From an uncultured bacterium (GTDB lineage: Bacteria; Patescibacteriota; Minisyncoccia; Phycocordibacterales; GWA1-40-21), in NCBI GenBank assembly GCA_963798465.1, contig CAWCTC010000001.1, positions 196,315-260,314 of the forward strand: 64,000 bases of DNA. The letters are read 5' to 3'. Shown one piece after another: positions 24,922-36,836 of this stretch. The position numbers were made by a program, and so were the translations under genes. Under the pieces are notes generated by a model. That model saw only the letters and a list, made by a program, of their open reading frames with translations, ran no database searches and was not told where the DNA came from. The stretch's first letter is position 1; every line of letters starts with the position of its first letter.

Positions 24922-27900
24922 ATGACAAATTTAAAAAAATACATACCATTTTTTTTCGCTGCAGCTCTTATTTTATTGCCTATAAAATCTTTTTCGGCAC
25001 CTTTGTATTACCCAGGACAGACAATAGATCCTCAATGTTATCCGACAGATTCTGATTGTGCCGTTAGCACAACAACTTCTTCCTCAGTTTGGAATCTTAA
25101 CGGCACCAGTGCAAATTATTTGGCTGGAAATATCGGAATTGGAACTTCAACGCCGAGCTCGCTTCTTTTTGTCAATGGTTCGACAACAATTTCTTCTCTT
25201 ACTTCCGGATTTGTAAAATCAGATAATTCTGGAAATCTTTATACTGATTCAACCGCATATACTACTGAAGGGGAAAATGATAATTTATCTTACAGATACA
25301 ATACGGTGCCGCTTTTATATTGGACTGATGCTCCTAAAGTAGTAAAGACCATAAGTGTTACACATACGAATAATTATGGCACATGGGATGGGAAAAATCT
25401 TTGGGTTCCAGGCGGCGGAGCTGATAATATATCAAAAATAAATGAGAATGGACAAATTTTATTTACTTATAGTCTTTTATCTACTCAATATTTAGGAAAT
25501 ATAGCATCTCCTTTACAATTGGCATATGATGGAAGAAATATTTGGATAGCAAGCTACGATAATTATGGACAACTGATCAGATTTGATACTGTGACTAACA
25601 CTATTACAGGCCATTATATAATGAATCCTTCAGGATCTGGAGGTGGAGGAATACAAGGGATTGTTTGGGATGGAACTAATATATGGATAGGTCTTGCTCA
25701 AGATAATGGTGGAACTGGTTTGGTTGAAAAAATTGATCCGAATACCGGAGCAGTATTGGCTTCTGTTGGAGGCCAGACTAATGTAAATGGAATGGCAATA
25801 ACGGATTTGCCATCAGCGTCTGGAAATGGAATGACTGAATATATTTGGGCTGCTTGCGATGGTTTCATAACTAAAATAAATGCTAGCGATATGACATATC
25901 AGTCATTTCCTTCAGGCGTATATACGTATCGCATAGCGACAGACGGACAATACATTTATGGAGCAAGTTTTGAAGATGGAGCAATAAGAAAATTTTCAGC
26001 TGAGGACGGTTCGCTTGTTGCAACTTGGCCGGCCAATCGACTTCTGAATACGATTGCTTTTGATGGAAAATATATTTGGACAGCGGATAATAATTATAAC
26101 GTGACTATTTTCGATAGAGATACTGGAAATGTTATTTATACTTTGCCTAATGCTGGCAGTTCAGATTTGATTTTCGACGGAACTTATATGTGGAGTATTT
26201 CATATATGATTGGACAGGTAAATAAAATTTCCGTAGGAAATGAAATAGGTAATTTGAAAGTTGCACAAAGTTTAAGCATTATGGATGATAATTCAAATAC
26301 GGCTTTATTTCTTTCAGGAACTTCTACCGAGAAGTAGTTTCATGTTGAGTAATTTTGGAATCGGAACAACAACACCTTCTCAAGCTTTGACAGTGAATGG
26401 AAATATGAATTTGTCTGGAGCATTTTTTGACAGTACAAATGCTTCTGGAACCGCAGGAATGGTATTGCTCAGTACTGGTACAAGCACTACATGGGTATCA
26501 ACATCCTCACTGAACATAAATGGAAGTATGAACAGCGGTGTTGCTGGCCAGTTGGCATATTGGACATCTCCAAGTGTAATAGGAAGTCTTGCAACTGGAA
26601 CGCCAGGATTATTTTTGAGAGCTTCCTCAACTTCTCCAACTGGATTTGATTGGGCCTTTGCAAGCAGCAGCAGCATAAGCCAATGGAATACAAATGGTTC
26701 AAATATTTATTACGATGAGGGAGATGTTGGAATCGGAACTTCAACTCCAAGTTCGGCTCTTGATGTTATCGGTATGGTTACAGTAGATAATGTTTCTTCT
26801 CACGCAAGCAGTTCACTAACTTTATCCGGCGGAGATGTTATTAATCTGCAGTCTCCTAACGGAATGCAATATAGTAATGGAAATAATATAGAAAGTTATT
26901 TGAATAATAATGAAATTTATTTTAATTTTTCCGATCCGACTGACAGCAATGCCGGCGCATCATTGGATTTTTACAAACAAGGACTTTCCGGAAATTTTAA
27001 ATCGGACGATGGTTCCAGTGGAAGTTTGACTATAAATAATGGCGAAACTTATTCAGGTTTTTATAATGGAAATGATAGTTCTTATGGAAGTTCAGAGGTG
27101 ACAAATTCTGGTATTCATCTAAGTTTCAATAATTCATCAAATGGTACTCTAGGAGACTCGTTTGTTTATCCATTTGAATTTGGCGGAGATTTTCAAAATG
27201 GTTCCAATAGCGGGCATATATATGCAGAAGATACTGCTCTTGATATAAGTGGAACAGATATAAACGGCGGCAGTGGAATTCACTCTGTTGAAGTAAGTCC
27301 AAACACTGCTTCCATTTTTCGGACAGAGCACGACATCATCTCCTTATTATAATTTCAGCATAGACAAAGATAATGGATTATCGGTTTCATTCAGCACGAC
27401 AACTCCTGTGTTTACAGTTCTCACAAACGGAAATGTCGGAATTGGAACTTCAACTCCTTCGCAAGCTCTGACAGTGAATGGAAATCTTGCTTTGTCAGGA
27501 GCGATTTTTGACAGCACGAATGCTTCGGGAACTGCAGGAATGATTTTGGAAAGCACGGGAACTTCTACTTTATGGACTGATACTAAATCTCTGACTGGAG
27601 GAGCCGGATATTCTTGGACCGCTCAAACCGCGCCAGGAACTTCCGCGTGGTCGTCTGTTGTTTATGGCGATGGAAAATTTGTCGCGGTATCTTACGACGG
27701 TCATGTAATGAATTCTTCCGATGGAATAAATTGGGCGACTTCAACATCAGCCGAAGCAAACAGTTGGACTTCCGTAACTTACGGCAATGGATTATTTGTC
27801 GCGGTTGCGAGCAGCGGAACTCATCAAGTTATGATTTCCAAGGATGGAATAAATTGGACTTTACAAACAGCAGTTAATGGTTCGTGGAATTCAGTAACTT

Positions 27901-30900
27901 ACGGTGATGGAAAATTTGTTGCGATAGCAGCGGGACTATGGACGATGTCTTCTCCTGATGGAATAAATTGGACACTTTATACTGTATTTTCGGGTGACTC
28001 TTGGGATTCAATAACTTATGGTAACGGATTATTTGTTGCTGTCTCTGGAGGCGGTCATGTGGCGGTTTCCAATGACGGAATAAATTGGACACAAACATCT
28101 ATTGTAGCTGATGGATGGCAATCAATAGCTTACGGCAACGGATTATTTGTTGCTGTCGCTAGTGGTGGAGATGTTGAAACTTCTCCAGATGGAATAAATT
28201 GGACGGCGCAAATATCAGCCATTCCAAACTCATTACGCTCAATAGCTTATGGCAACGGATTATTTGTTGTAGTCACCAATAGCTTAGGCTCAACTAATCA
28301 AGTTATGACTTCACCCGACGGAATGAATTGGACAGTCCGATCATCCGCTGAAGCAAATACTTGGAATTCGGTAGCTTACGGAAATGGAACTTTCGTTGCA
28401 GTTTCTCAAGATGGAACTCATCGGGCCATGAGTTCGGGCGAAACAGATTCAAATATAATTCCTACAGATAATATTTATCAAGGTGGAATGAATATTTTTG
28501 GATATGTCGGAATTGGAACAACAACTCCATCGCAGGCTTTGACGGTGAATGGAAATCTTTCTTTGTCAGGAGCAATTTTTGATAGCACAAATGCTTCTGG
28601 AACAGCTGGAATGATTTTACAAAGTACGGGTACGAGCACATTATGGACGATAAATTCATCGCCAAGTTTCGCATATGCTTCGTCATCATATCTTTTGTAT
28701 TCTTCTTCAACGGAAGTTTTGAACTCTGCGAATTTTGCCCCAGTTTCTATTCCTAGTGCCGTAACTTATGATACAAATACGTTGGCAGTTTATAATTTTG
28801 AAAATAATGGGAATGATTCAATCAGCAATTATAATTTGACACCAGTAGGCACCGGTCCAGTTTTTCAAACAGATTTAATAAAACAAGGTTCATATTCAGA
28901 AAGTGTTCAGGTTGGTAATGGCAGTGGTGCTAATTATGATATATTTCCAAATTCTTTGATGACAACTCTTGGAAGTGAATCTCAGTGGACTATTGAAGGA
29001 TGGGTATATCTTAGCTCAGTACGAAGTCCTAGTGTATGGAGTACCTTTATTACAAATAATTGGGCTACAACCACAGGAGATTTGGCTGTAGAACTTAGAA
29101 CGGATTCACCCGATGTATGTTTTGGGTATGCTCCTCAGATGAATAGCTGTGGCTATGATCCTTCAATTACAACTGATGCTTGGCATTTTGTTTCAGTCCA
29201 GTGGGATGGTTCCAATGCGAAATTATATATAGATAGTTCGTTAGTCGGAACAATTGCTTCTTCAATAAATATCTTTGCCTCTCCAATCGGACCAATGGTA
29301 ATTGGAAATGGAACAACTTATTCAGACAGTTATAATACAAATTCAAGAATTGATAAAATGATTGTAAGTAATGTTGTCAGAAACGGAGTTGAAACAGATC
29401 CAACGATTGGCGGATATTTTACCCCTCAAATATTTGCAGATGCTTCCGGAACTCTTTTTGCTAAGAACGCAATTGGAACAATATCCAATCTTAATTCTTG
29501 GGTAACAAATGGCAATAATACAGATTATCTTTTAGGAAATGTTGGAATTGGTACTGACGCACCATCGTCGGCACTTACAGTTATCGGTTCAACTACAATC
29601 TCAAGTCTTTCTTCTGGTTTTGTAAAAGCAACAGCATCAGGAGAGCTTTATACAGATCCGAATACATATTCTACAGAAGGGGAAAATGATAATTTATCTT
29701 ACAGATATAATACAGACCCACTTTTATATTGGAGTGGTGCTGGTCCACAAATAGTTAAAAATATAACTGTTCCTGGTGCTGAAAATTATGGAGCTTGGGA
29801 TGGTCAGAATTTTTGGACGACGAATTTTTACAACAGTTCCATATCAAAAGTAAATGCAAACGGAGTTGTTTTGGCTACTTATACTTTTTATGGCACGAAT
29901 CCAATACAAGCGGTTTATGATGGAAAAAATATTTGGGTTGCCAGTGCAAACGGTCTTGGCACGTTGATAAAATTTAATCCAACCACCTTAGCTTCTTCCA
30001 CATATATTACGAATCCTGGAAGTGTCGGTTCAGGAGGAATCCAAGGCATTGTTTGGGATGGAAAAAATATTTGGATAGGTATTGCAGGTATTAATACCGT
30101 TGCAAAAGTAGATCCGTCTACTGGTGCGATTATTGCATCGACAACCGGACAATATAATGTAAACGGAATGGCTATAACAAACATAGAAGAAGCCTCCGGG
30201 ACTGTGGAATATATCTGGGCGGCTAATACGTATGGTTTGGGCAAAATAAAAGCAAGTGATTTGAGTTACACGACTTATCCCGCCAGACAAGGTTCTTATC
30301 GCATAGCTACAGATGGAACATATATATATGATTCCGATTGGTTCACTGGAAAAATCGACAAATATTTAGCAAGTGACGGTTCTCTGGTTGACACATGGCA
30401 AGGTGAAACAGGTTTAAATACGATAGCCTTTGATGGAAAATATGTTTGGACGGGAGGTGGCGGACCAGATCTCGTTGAAATTTTTGATAGGGATAACGGA
30501 ACCATGATTGATTCCATTCCTGATCCTGGAGTGGGTACAGGCCTTGCAGATTTGATATTTGACGGAAGTTATATGTGGGCTGTTGTAAACGGTACATCTT
30601 CATCAGTGATGAAAATTTCCATCGGCAACCAGATGGGTAACTTAAAAGTTGCACAAAGTTTGAGCATCATGGACGACAATGCCAACACAGCATTATTCCT
30701 TTCCGGCACATCAAGTCAAAACAGTTTCATGCTAAGCAATTTTGGAATCGGCACCACGAGCGCCTCATCCGTCCTCACAATATCCGGAACTCCAACAAGC
30801 ACACTTATGCGACTTGTAGGATTCGGAAGTGGTGCTCTCATGACTGATGCAAACGGAGTTGTCTATGACAACTCAGACGAAAGATTGAAAGACATTGCAG

Positions 30901-31838
30901 GAACTTCAACAATCGGTCTTTCTGCAATAGAAGGATTGAATCCTATAAATTATCATTGGAATGCAACAAGCGGTCTTGATATGGTAAATGAATACACAGG
31001 ATTCTCTGCACAAAACGTACAAGCAAACATTCCAAATGCAGTCGGAACAGATTCAAAAGGTTATCTCACTCTTGATGACAGGCCAATAGTCGCAGCTCTT
31101 GTAAATTCCGTAAAAGAAATCGGTTCATTCATCACAAAAGTTGAAAATGGAATCGCTTATCTCACGAACATTGTTGTTGAAAGATTAACTGTTGGTTCAA
31201 CTATTTCTCCTGAAGGAATTACGATGTATGACACTGTGACGAAACAGCCGTATTGCGTTTCTGTAAGCAATGGAAGTCTTGTTAACAAACCTGGAGATTG
31301 TTCATCATATGATTCATCGACATCAACATCGGAAATGGAAAGTCTAGGTACGGGCGGAAGTTCTGCTCCTGATATAATTTCCACTTCCTCTACTTCTTCA
31401 GTTGATATTTTAACTTCAACTTCTTCTTCCGAAACCTCCACCTCGACTGAAGCAACTTCCACGAGTTCAACCGCAACCACCACGCAAGCAACCTCAACTC
31501 CTTCCAGCGACGGCACCGCGACTTCAACAGCAACTTCAACTCCAGCAGACACCACACCTCCAGTCATAACAATAAACGGAGATAATCCAACAAACATAAC
31601 AGCAGGAGACACATATACAGATGCAGGAGCAACAGCTCTAGATGATATAGATGGAACAGTTCCAGTATTGACTTCAGGCGCAGTCGATTCTTCAACAGCC
31701 GGAACTTACACAATCACTTACACTGCAAGCGATTCTTCCGGAAACACTTCAACAGCCGAAAGAATTGTAAATGTCGCACCTGTCCAAACTTCCGATGATA
31801 GTGCGACGAGCAGTGATGCGACATCGACAGTTTCGTAA
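24922..31838 (+). CDS. giant (~2300 aa) secreted surface protein, split into three ORFs by two frame breaks as sequenced
   Basis: - Signal peptide, and a duplicated beta-propeller-like module (24.9-26.3 and 29.5-30.7 kb).
- A thrice-repeated GIGT(S/T)TPSQALTVNGN..LSGA.FDSTNASGTAGM module.
- Six S.DG(I/M)NW(T) Asp-box-like repeats, and a LamG-like lectin region.
- SDERLK intramolecular-chaperone (peptidase S74-like) domain, a Ser/Thr linker and a C-terminal Ig-like (DUF5011-type) domain.
- Frame breaks near 26330 and 27318. Confidence 0.7.
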
Positions 31839-31847
31839 AAATTAAAA

Positions 31848-31880
31848 TAAAAAGGGCGGCCGCTTCGCGGCCGCCCTTTT
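31848..31880 (+). terminator. intrinsic terminator
   Basis: AAAAAGGGCGGCCGC-TTCG-GCGGCCGCCCTTTT. Confidence 0.8.
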
Positions 31881-32029
31881 AAATTTTTTTTTATCGTAGA
31901 TCGATTCGCGAAAGTGTAATCACTTGAGGGAAGCGAGTTGTGTTTTGCCGTTTGCGGCGGCGAAATCTCATAGCGAAAAGAAAACCTGGTATTTTAAAAG
32001 CCGTCTTGAAACGGCTTTTAAAATTTTTC

Positions 32030-32275
32030 TTATTTAATTATTCCCGCTTTCTTCAATGTCGCATAAGCGCCATTTTTCTGAATAGTTTTTATACCTTTTG
32101 TTGAAATAGTTAAGACGAAAGTTTTCTTTAGTTCAGGAACATATATCCTTTTTTTCTGGAAATTGACTTGTTTTCTCACTTTTCCTGTTGGGTTAAACTG
32201 CGTAGCACGAGTTGCGTTGCTGTAGCCACCGCTCATAAGTGAAGTCTTTTTTGTTATTGGACAGATTTTTGCCAT
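32030..32275 (-). CDS. rpmB: 50S ribosomal protein L28
   Basis: MAKICPITKK....GGYSNATRATQFNPTGKVRKQVN.QKKRIYVPELKKTFVLTISTKGIKTI is the L28 pattern. Confidence 0.8.
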   Translation of the reverse strand: MAKICPITKKTSLMSGGYSNATRATQFNPTGKVRKQVNFQKKRIYVPELKKTFVLTISTKGIKTIQKNGAYATLKKAGIIK

Positions 32276-32410
32276 AAATTTTATTTGAATTAATTTATAA
32301 AACTCAGAATTTAGTAAAGATTTGCTTCACAATTCAGCTTTTAGTTTTACGGTCTTTCATGTTATCATAATATTGTAAAAACGCAATGTTTAAATAGTTT
32401 CTTATCCTTA

Positions 32411-32499
32411 TTGTCATTGCGAGCGAAGCGAAGCAAACCAGATCTTATTTTTTTAACTAGACTTAAACCTGGGTTGCCACGCTTTGCTCGCAATGACAA
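32411..32499. repeat. REP-like palindromic element (20-bp arms TTGTCATTGCGAGCGAAGCG / CGCTTTGCTCGCAATGACAA, one mismatch, 49-bp spacer)
   Basis: Read directly. A 28-nt half-copy (26/28) lies at 2169-2196. Confidence 0.75.
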
Positions 32500-32512
32500 C
32501 ACAAATATCAAA

Positions 32513-33145
32513 ATGCAATTGAACGTAATTTTCGAAATCATAATACTTATTTTTTCTGTCATCATTCACGAAATCTCTCACGGTTTCATGGCTCTTTATT
32601 TTGGAGATAAAACTGCACAATATGAAGGCAGACTTACTTTAAATCCTCTGAAACATCTGGATTGGTTCGGTTCCGTTATTTTGCCCCTCGCATTGTATTT
32701 GACCGGAACCGGAATAATGTTCGGCTGGGCAAAACCTGTTCCATATAATCCGTACAATTTGAGAAACAGAAATATAGCAGAACCGCTTGTCGCGCTCGCC
32801 GGCCCGGCATCAAATATTTTCGTGGCAATTATTTTCGGACTTTTGATAAGAGGCATGGCTTATTTTGGCCTTGTTTCTTCTGTTGCAATGACTGGGTTGT
32901 TAAATATTTTTGCATTTGTTGTTCTTATAAATGTAAGCTTGGCAATTTTCAATCTGATACCTGTGCCACCGCTTGACGGTTCAAAAATTTTCTTCGCATT
33001 CTTACCACCAGTGGCAAAATATAAATTTTTCAGCATTTCCGAGAAATATGGATTGATAATCCTCCTGCTTATTATATTGTTTTTGCCGAATTTTATTTTG
33101 CCGGTAATTCATTTTGTTTTTTCACTTATTACCGGAATAAATTAA
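32513..33145 (+). CDS. site-2 protease (M50) family zinc metalloprotease
   Basis: HEISHGF HExxH motif in a TM helix, LTLNPLKHLD, NLIPVPPLDGSK. ATG 32513 is chosen because the upstream part of the listed ORF is the palindromic repeat. Confidence 0.75.
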   Translation: MQLNVIFEIIILIFSVIIHEISHGFMALYFGDKTAQYEGRLTLNPLKHLDWFGSVILPLALYLTGTGIMFGWAKPVPYNPYNLRNRNIAEPLVALAGPASNIFVAIIFGLLIRGMAYFGLVSSVAMTGLLNIFAFVVLINVSLAIFNLIPVPPLDGSKIFFAFLPPVAKYKFFSISEKYGLIILLLIILFLPNFILPVIHFVFSLITGIN

Positions 33146-33188
33146 GTTTTAACTGGATTTCTTTTGTTAAAATTTATGATAAAATATA

Positions 33189-33818
33189 ATGAATAAAATG
33201 AAAAACTTTAAAAAATCCGGCTTCACTCTCATCGAAATGCTCGTTGCCACTGCCGTCTTCATGTCCGTCATGACAGTTGCCGTTTCAGCTTTGATAACGA
33301 TAATAAATGCAGACAAACAATCGCAGAATATAAAAACGACGACAGACGCCGTGACATTTGCAATAGACACGATGTCGAGAGATATGAGAGTCGGCACAGA
33401 TTATACTTGTTTGAAGGATTCCACGCCGACTGACGGTCCCCAAGGATTGGAACAAAGCGATTGTGCTGGCGGTTCGAGATCAGTCGGATATTTAAATAAT
33501 TCCGGTCAATATATAAAATATTCCTTTACTCCGCCAAACGGAACGAATAGTTCGGGCGTGCTGACGGAAAATACTTGCGATTCAGATTTTACAACTTGCT
33601 CATCTGAAGACCTCATCTCTTCAGATTCCGGCGCGAATATTTCCAATGTGGAATTTTATGTCATGGGCGTTGATTGTGAAAACGGCGAGGGAAGTTGTTC
33701 CGCAAAAGCTCAGCCAGGCATTCTCATTTCCGTTTCCGGCGTCATTCCCGAAACAACAAGCACCACGACAACCGAATTTGATTTGCAGACAAAGATTATG
33801 CAAAGATCTATTAAATAA
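33189..33818 (+). CDS. type IV pilin-like / pseudopilin protein
   Basis: Prepilin N-terminal motif KSGFTLIEMLVATAVF. Confidence 0.7.
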   Translation: MNKMKNFKKSGFTLIEMLVATAVFMSVMTVAVSALITIINADKQSQNIKTTTDAVTFAIDTMSRDMRVGTDYTCLKDSTPTDGPQGLEQSDCAGGSRSVGYLNNSGQYIKYSFTPPNGTNSSGVLTENTCDSDFTTCSSEDLISSDSGANISNVEFYVMGVDCENGEGSCSAKAQPGILISVSGVIPETTSTTTTEFDLQTKIMQRSIK

Positions 33819-33822
33819 AATT

Positions 33823-34524
33823 ATGAATATTAATTTTTCAAAAAAGAATATAAACAATAAAAAGGCGTTCACCTTGATTGAAGCTCTTGTCGCCATCGCC
33901 GTTCTCATGGTTGCCATCACCGGCCCGATGATTTTGGCACAGAAAAGTTTGTCGGCTGCCGAGTCGGATAAAGATCAGGCGATAGCCGGGTCTTTGGCGC
34001 AAGATGCGATTGAAACTGTGCTGGGAGTAAGAGATCAGATTTCAAAAAACGGTTCTCCAGGAGATGATTGGCTCACAGGTCCAGCATCAAATCCGCAAGG
34101 ATTTTTATATCCTTGTCTTTGCACGACCGATGATACATGCAATTTTAATTCAGTACACTTAAGATCTTGCACGATAGACACGACATCAACAGTTTTGGAT
34201 GGAAGTAATATTCAACCTGCTCAACCACCAGTCCCCAAACTAACAATGACCTATAATGTTAATTCACAAGGTGCAACATCTTTTTTGAAATATGGATATG
34301 ATGGTTATGTTAATAACGTTTTTACTCCCAGCTCTGCTCCTTCTGGCGAAGTTGTAAAACTCTCAAAATTCACCAGATATATTACTGTAAGAAAAAATCC
34401 AGCGAATGATGGCAATACAAATGAAGCCGTAATAAGTGTCAAAGTTTCCTGGGATTCTTCTTCCGGAATTCAAAGTATTATTCCTGTTCAAGATTTCATA
34501 TACAACTATTCCGCGAATCTTTGA
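33823..34524 (+). CDS. type IV pilin-like / pseudopilin protein
   Basis: KKAFTLIEALVAIAVLMVAITG. The internal ATG 33823 of listed ORF 33646..34524 is chosen. Confidence 0.7.
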   Translation: MNINFSKKNINNKKAFTLIEALVAIAVLMVAITGPMILAQKSLSAAESDKDQAIAGSLAQDAIETVLGVRDQISKNGSPGDDWLTGPASNPQGFLYPCLCTTDDTCNFNSVHLRSCTIDTTSTVLDGSNIQPAQPPVPKLTMTYNVNSQGATSFLKYGYDGYVNNVFTPSSAPSGEVVKLSKFTRYITVRKNPANDGNTNEAVISVKVSWDSSSGIQSIIPVQDFIYNYSANL

Positions 34525-34613
34525 GGAAATAAAAACGAGAATGAAAATATGAAATAAAAATAGGGCTCAGCAGATTTAATCTGCCGAGCCCTATGAAGTT
34601 TTGCCACTTAATT

Positions 34614-35219
34614 TTAGCCTAAACTTCCTGAAAAATTTCCTCCGTTTTGTAAGGGATCAGGAGCACTCGTTCCATAAATGCTCCCATTTCTGTAAACGGT
34701 TACGTGCAGGATTTTGTCGCAAACACCTTGATAAAACAAATCCGACACATAGGGGACCGTTTGAACGTCTAGTGAATTCCAGTTTCCGTCACTGTCAAAC
34801 GTGGCTTGCAAATTTTGCGTGGTCCACGCTGTCAGCTCCGTCGCTTCGTCGTAAACACCATAGGAGATTGTAAAAGTATCTCCCGGCGTTCCCGTAATGA
34901 CAATCTCCCATATCACAGTGGATTGGGGAGTGATTGTCACGGTTGCTGTAGCTGTGGATGTTTCCGTTGACGTCGGCGTAATTGTCGCTGTCGAATTTCC
35001 AACAGCTGTCGGCGTTTTTGTAACCGTCGGCGTGGCATTCACGACGACATTGTTCGTCGGCGTCGCAGTCGCTTTTCCAGCTTCTGCAGTTTGCGTTTCC
35101 TGTGCGCAGAGCGCGCAGCCAGTCGACGGCCCCACCGGATTTTTTGTGCACCCGGCGGCAATAACGATTATAAAAAAAACTGTAACAACAACTCCAAAAA
35201 TCAATGAGATTTTTTTCAT
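34614..35219 (-). CDS. lipoprotein with Thr-rich linker
   Basis: Lipobox-like signal peptide (VIAAGC), then a TPT/TAT-rich low-complexity region. Confidence 0.55.
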   Translation of the reverse strand: MKKISLIFGVVVTVFFIIVIAAGCTKNPVGPSTGCALCAQETQTAEAGKATATPTNNVVVNATPTVTKTPTAVGNSTATITPTSTETSTATATVTITPQSTVIWEIVITGTPGDTFTISYGVYDEATELTAWTTQNLQATFDSDGNWNSLDVQTVPYVSDLFYQGVCDKILHVTVYRNGSIYGTSAPDPLQNGGNFSGSLG

Positions 35220-35549
35220 GTTCGCACCTCCAGAGTGCCCTGTCCCGAGATAAAACTAATGTTTTATTTTTCGGGATTTTATTTTTATATTTTTTAAGTG
35301 GCTTTCAAAGTACAAGCCAACATTATTTTCTTACAAATCAAAAGATTTGACAAAATTCATGTGGCGTTATCTGCTAATATTCTACACTTATTCCCCATAT
35401 CTGTCAATCAGCTATCCACAGCCTGTTTGTGCGACAAAATATGGCTAGAAATAATGCTATATTCTAAATATTTTAGGATAATTATAGAAATATAACTTTA
35501 CTTTCGTTTTTTTTAAAAAAAATTAAAATTTTTCTGATACAATATATCT

Positions 35550-36821
35550 ATGAATACAAAAAACTTTGATCCATATGATTTTTCCGAAAGGGAAATTGAC
35601 GGAGTAAAAATCTATTATAAAAATTTGCCGACAGCGCCGTGTATTCATATTCGTGTGGTATTTAATACTGGTGCTTTTGATGATCCAATAGGAAAGGAGG
35701 GTTTGTCTCATTTTTTAGAGCATATGATTTTTAACGGTTCGCCAACTTTGCCGAATAAAAAGGCGATAAAGGAATGGTCAAAAATTCATACATTGAACAC
35801 ATGGAACGCCTGGACTAATTTTGATAATACTTGCTATTGGCTTAAATGTTTGCCTGAAGAATATGACAAAGTTCTTCCAGGAATGAAAGATATGATTTTC
35901 AATTCGTACTCACGGGATGAAGATGTTGAGCATGAAAGGAAGGTAATCACGCAGGAAGCGTGGAATGGATTTTTGAATGAAAAATATTTGAATTATTGCA
36001 GAGATTTTAATGATAATTTATATCATGGGCATTCTCACGCGAGAATTTTTACACCGCTTGGCTGGCCGGATACAATAGAAAAAATATCGGCGGATGATAT
36101 AAAAAGTTGGCACAAGAAAAATTATGGAATCGGAAATTTTTATATAGTTCTTGCTGGCGCCGTGGAAGAAAAACATGTTGAAGGTTTAAAAAATTTTTTG
36201 AAAGATTTGCCTAAAGTGAGTGAAACCGTTAAAAAAGTCGGAGAGCTCGGCAGGCCGAAAAACAAAAGATTTGTAAAAACCGCTGATGAAATTGGCGAAG
36301 TGAAGGAACAGGTTGAGATTTCAGTGATGAGGGTTGCAGAAAAAATGCTTTATTCTAAAAACGAAATAATCAGTTTATCGGGCAGATTGCTATACGATTT
36401 GTTGTTTGAAAGATTGAGAATGGAAAATAGTCTTTGTTATGGAGTTATGGTCAGCTTTTGGCCGGAAAAATCATTTTCTCAGATGTCTATGAATGTAAAA
36501 ACCGATGAGAAGAATATTGAGATAGTCGAAAAAGAATTTGAAAAAGCTATAAATGAAATTCTGAATAAGAAACATGTCTCCAGATTTGATCTAATAAAGA
36601 AAATGTACATTGAACAATTAAAATCTGCAGAGTTTATTTCTGGCGATATCGCCAATACTTCAGTTCGCGAAGTGTCGAAATTTGATGGACATATTATTAC
36701 GCAGAAAGAACAGCTCAAAGATGCAGAAGAAGTGTTGTATGACGATGTTGTAAAATTTATAAAATTCGCTTTTGATCCGGAATATATTTATACAGAAATT
36801 ATTCTTCCGTCAAAAAAATAA
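35550..36821 (+). CDS. M16-family (insulinase/pitrilysin-like) zinc peptidase
   Basis: Inverted zinc motif GLSHFLEHMIFNGS (HxxEH). Confidence 0.75.
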   Translation: MNTKNFDPYDFSEREIDGVKIYYKNLPTAPCIHIRVVFNTGAFDDPIGKEGLSHFLEHMIFNGSPTLPNKKAIKEWSKIHTLNTWNAWTNFDNTCYWLKCLPEEYDKVLPGMKDMIFNSYSRDEDVEHERKVITQEAWNGFLNEKYLNYCRDFNDNLYHGHSHARIFTPLGWPDTIEKISADDIKSWHKKNYGIGNFYIVLAGAVEEKHVEGLKNFLKDLPKVSETVKKVGELGRPKNKRFVKTADEIGEVKEQVEISVMRVAEKMLYSKNEIISLSGRLLYDLLFERLRMENSLCYGVMVSFWPEKSFSQMSMNVKTDEKNIEIVEKEFEKAINEILNKKHVSRFDLIKKMYIEQLKSAEFISGDIANTSVREVSKFDGHIITQKEQLKDAEEVLYDDVVKFIKFAFDPEYIYTEIILPSKK

Positions 36822-36836
36822 TAGCGGATAATATAT

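Noticed and set aside
31157-31612. 151-aa minus-strand ORF (Val/Glu/Ala-rich)
   Set aside because: It is antisense to the Ser/Thr-rich linker of the giant surface protein, a typical mirror ORF of a low-complexity region.
34601-35253. Plus-strand ORFs 34601..34873 and 34897..35253, and the minus-strand ORF 34795..35151
   Set aside because: They overlap the lipoprotein gene (34614..35219, minus) in other frames or on the opposite strand. They are generated by its Thr/Ala/Val-rich repetitive coding sequence. The lipobox-bearing frame is the credible one.
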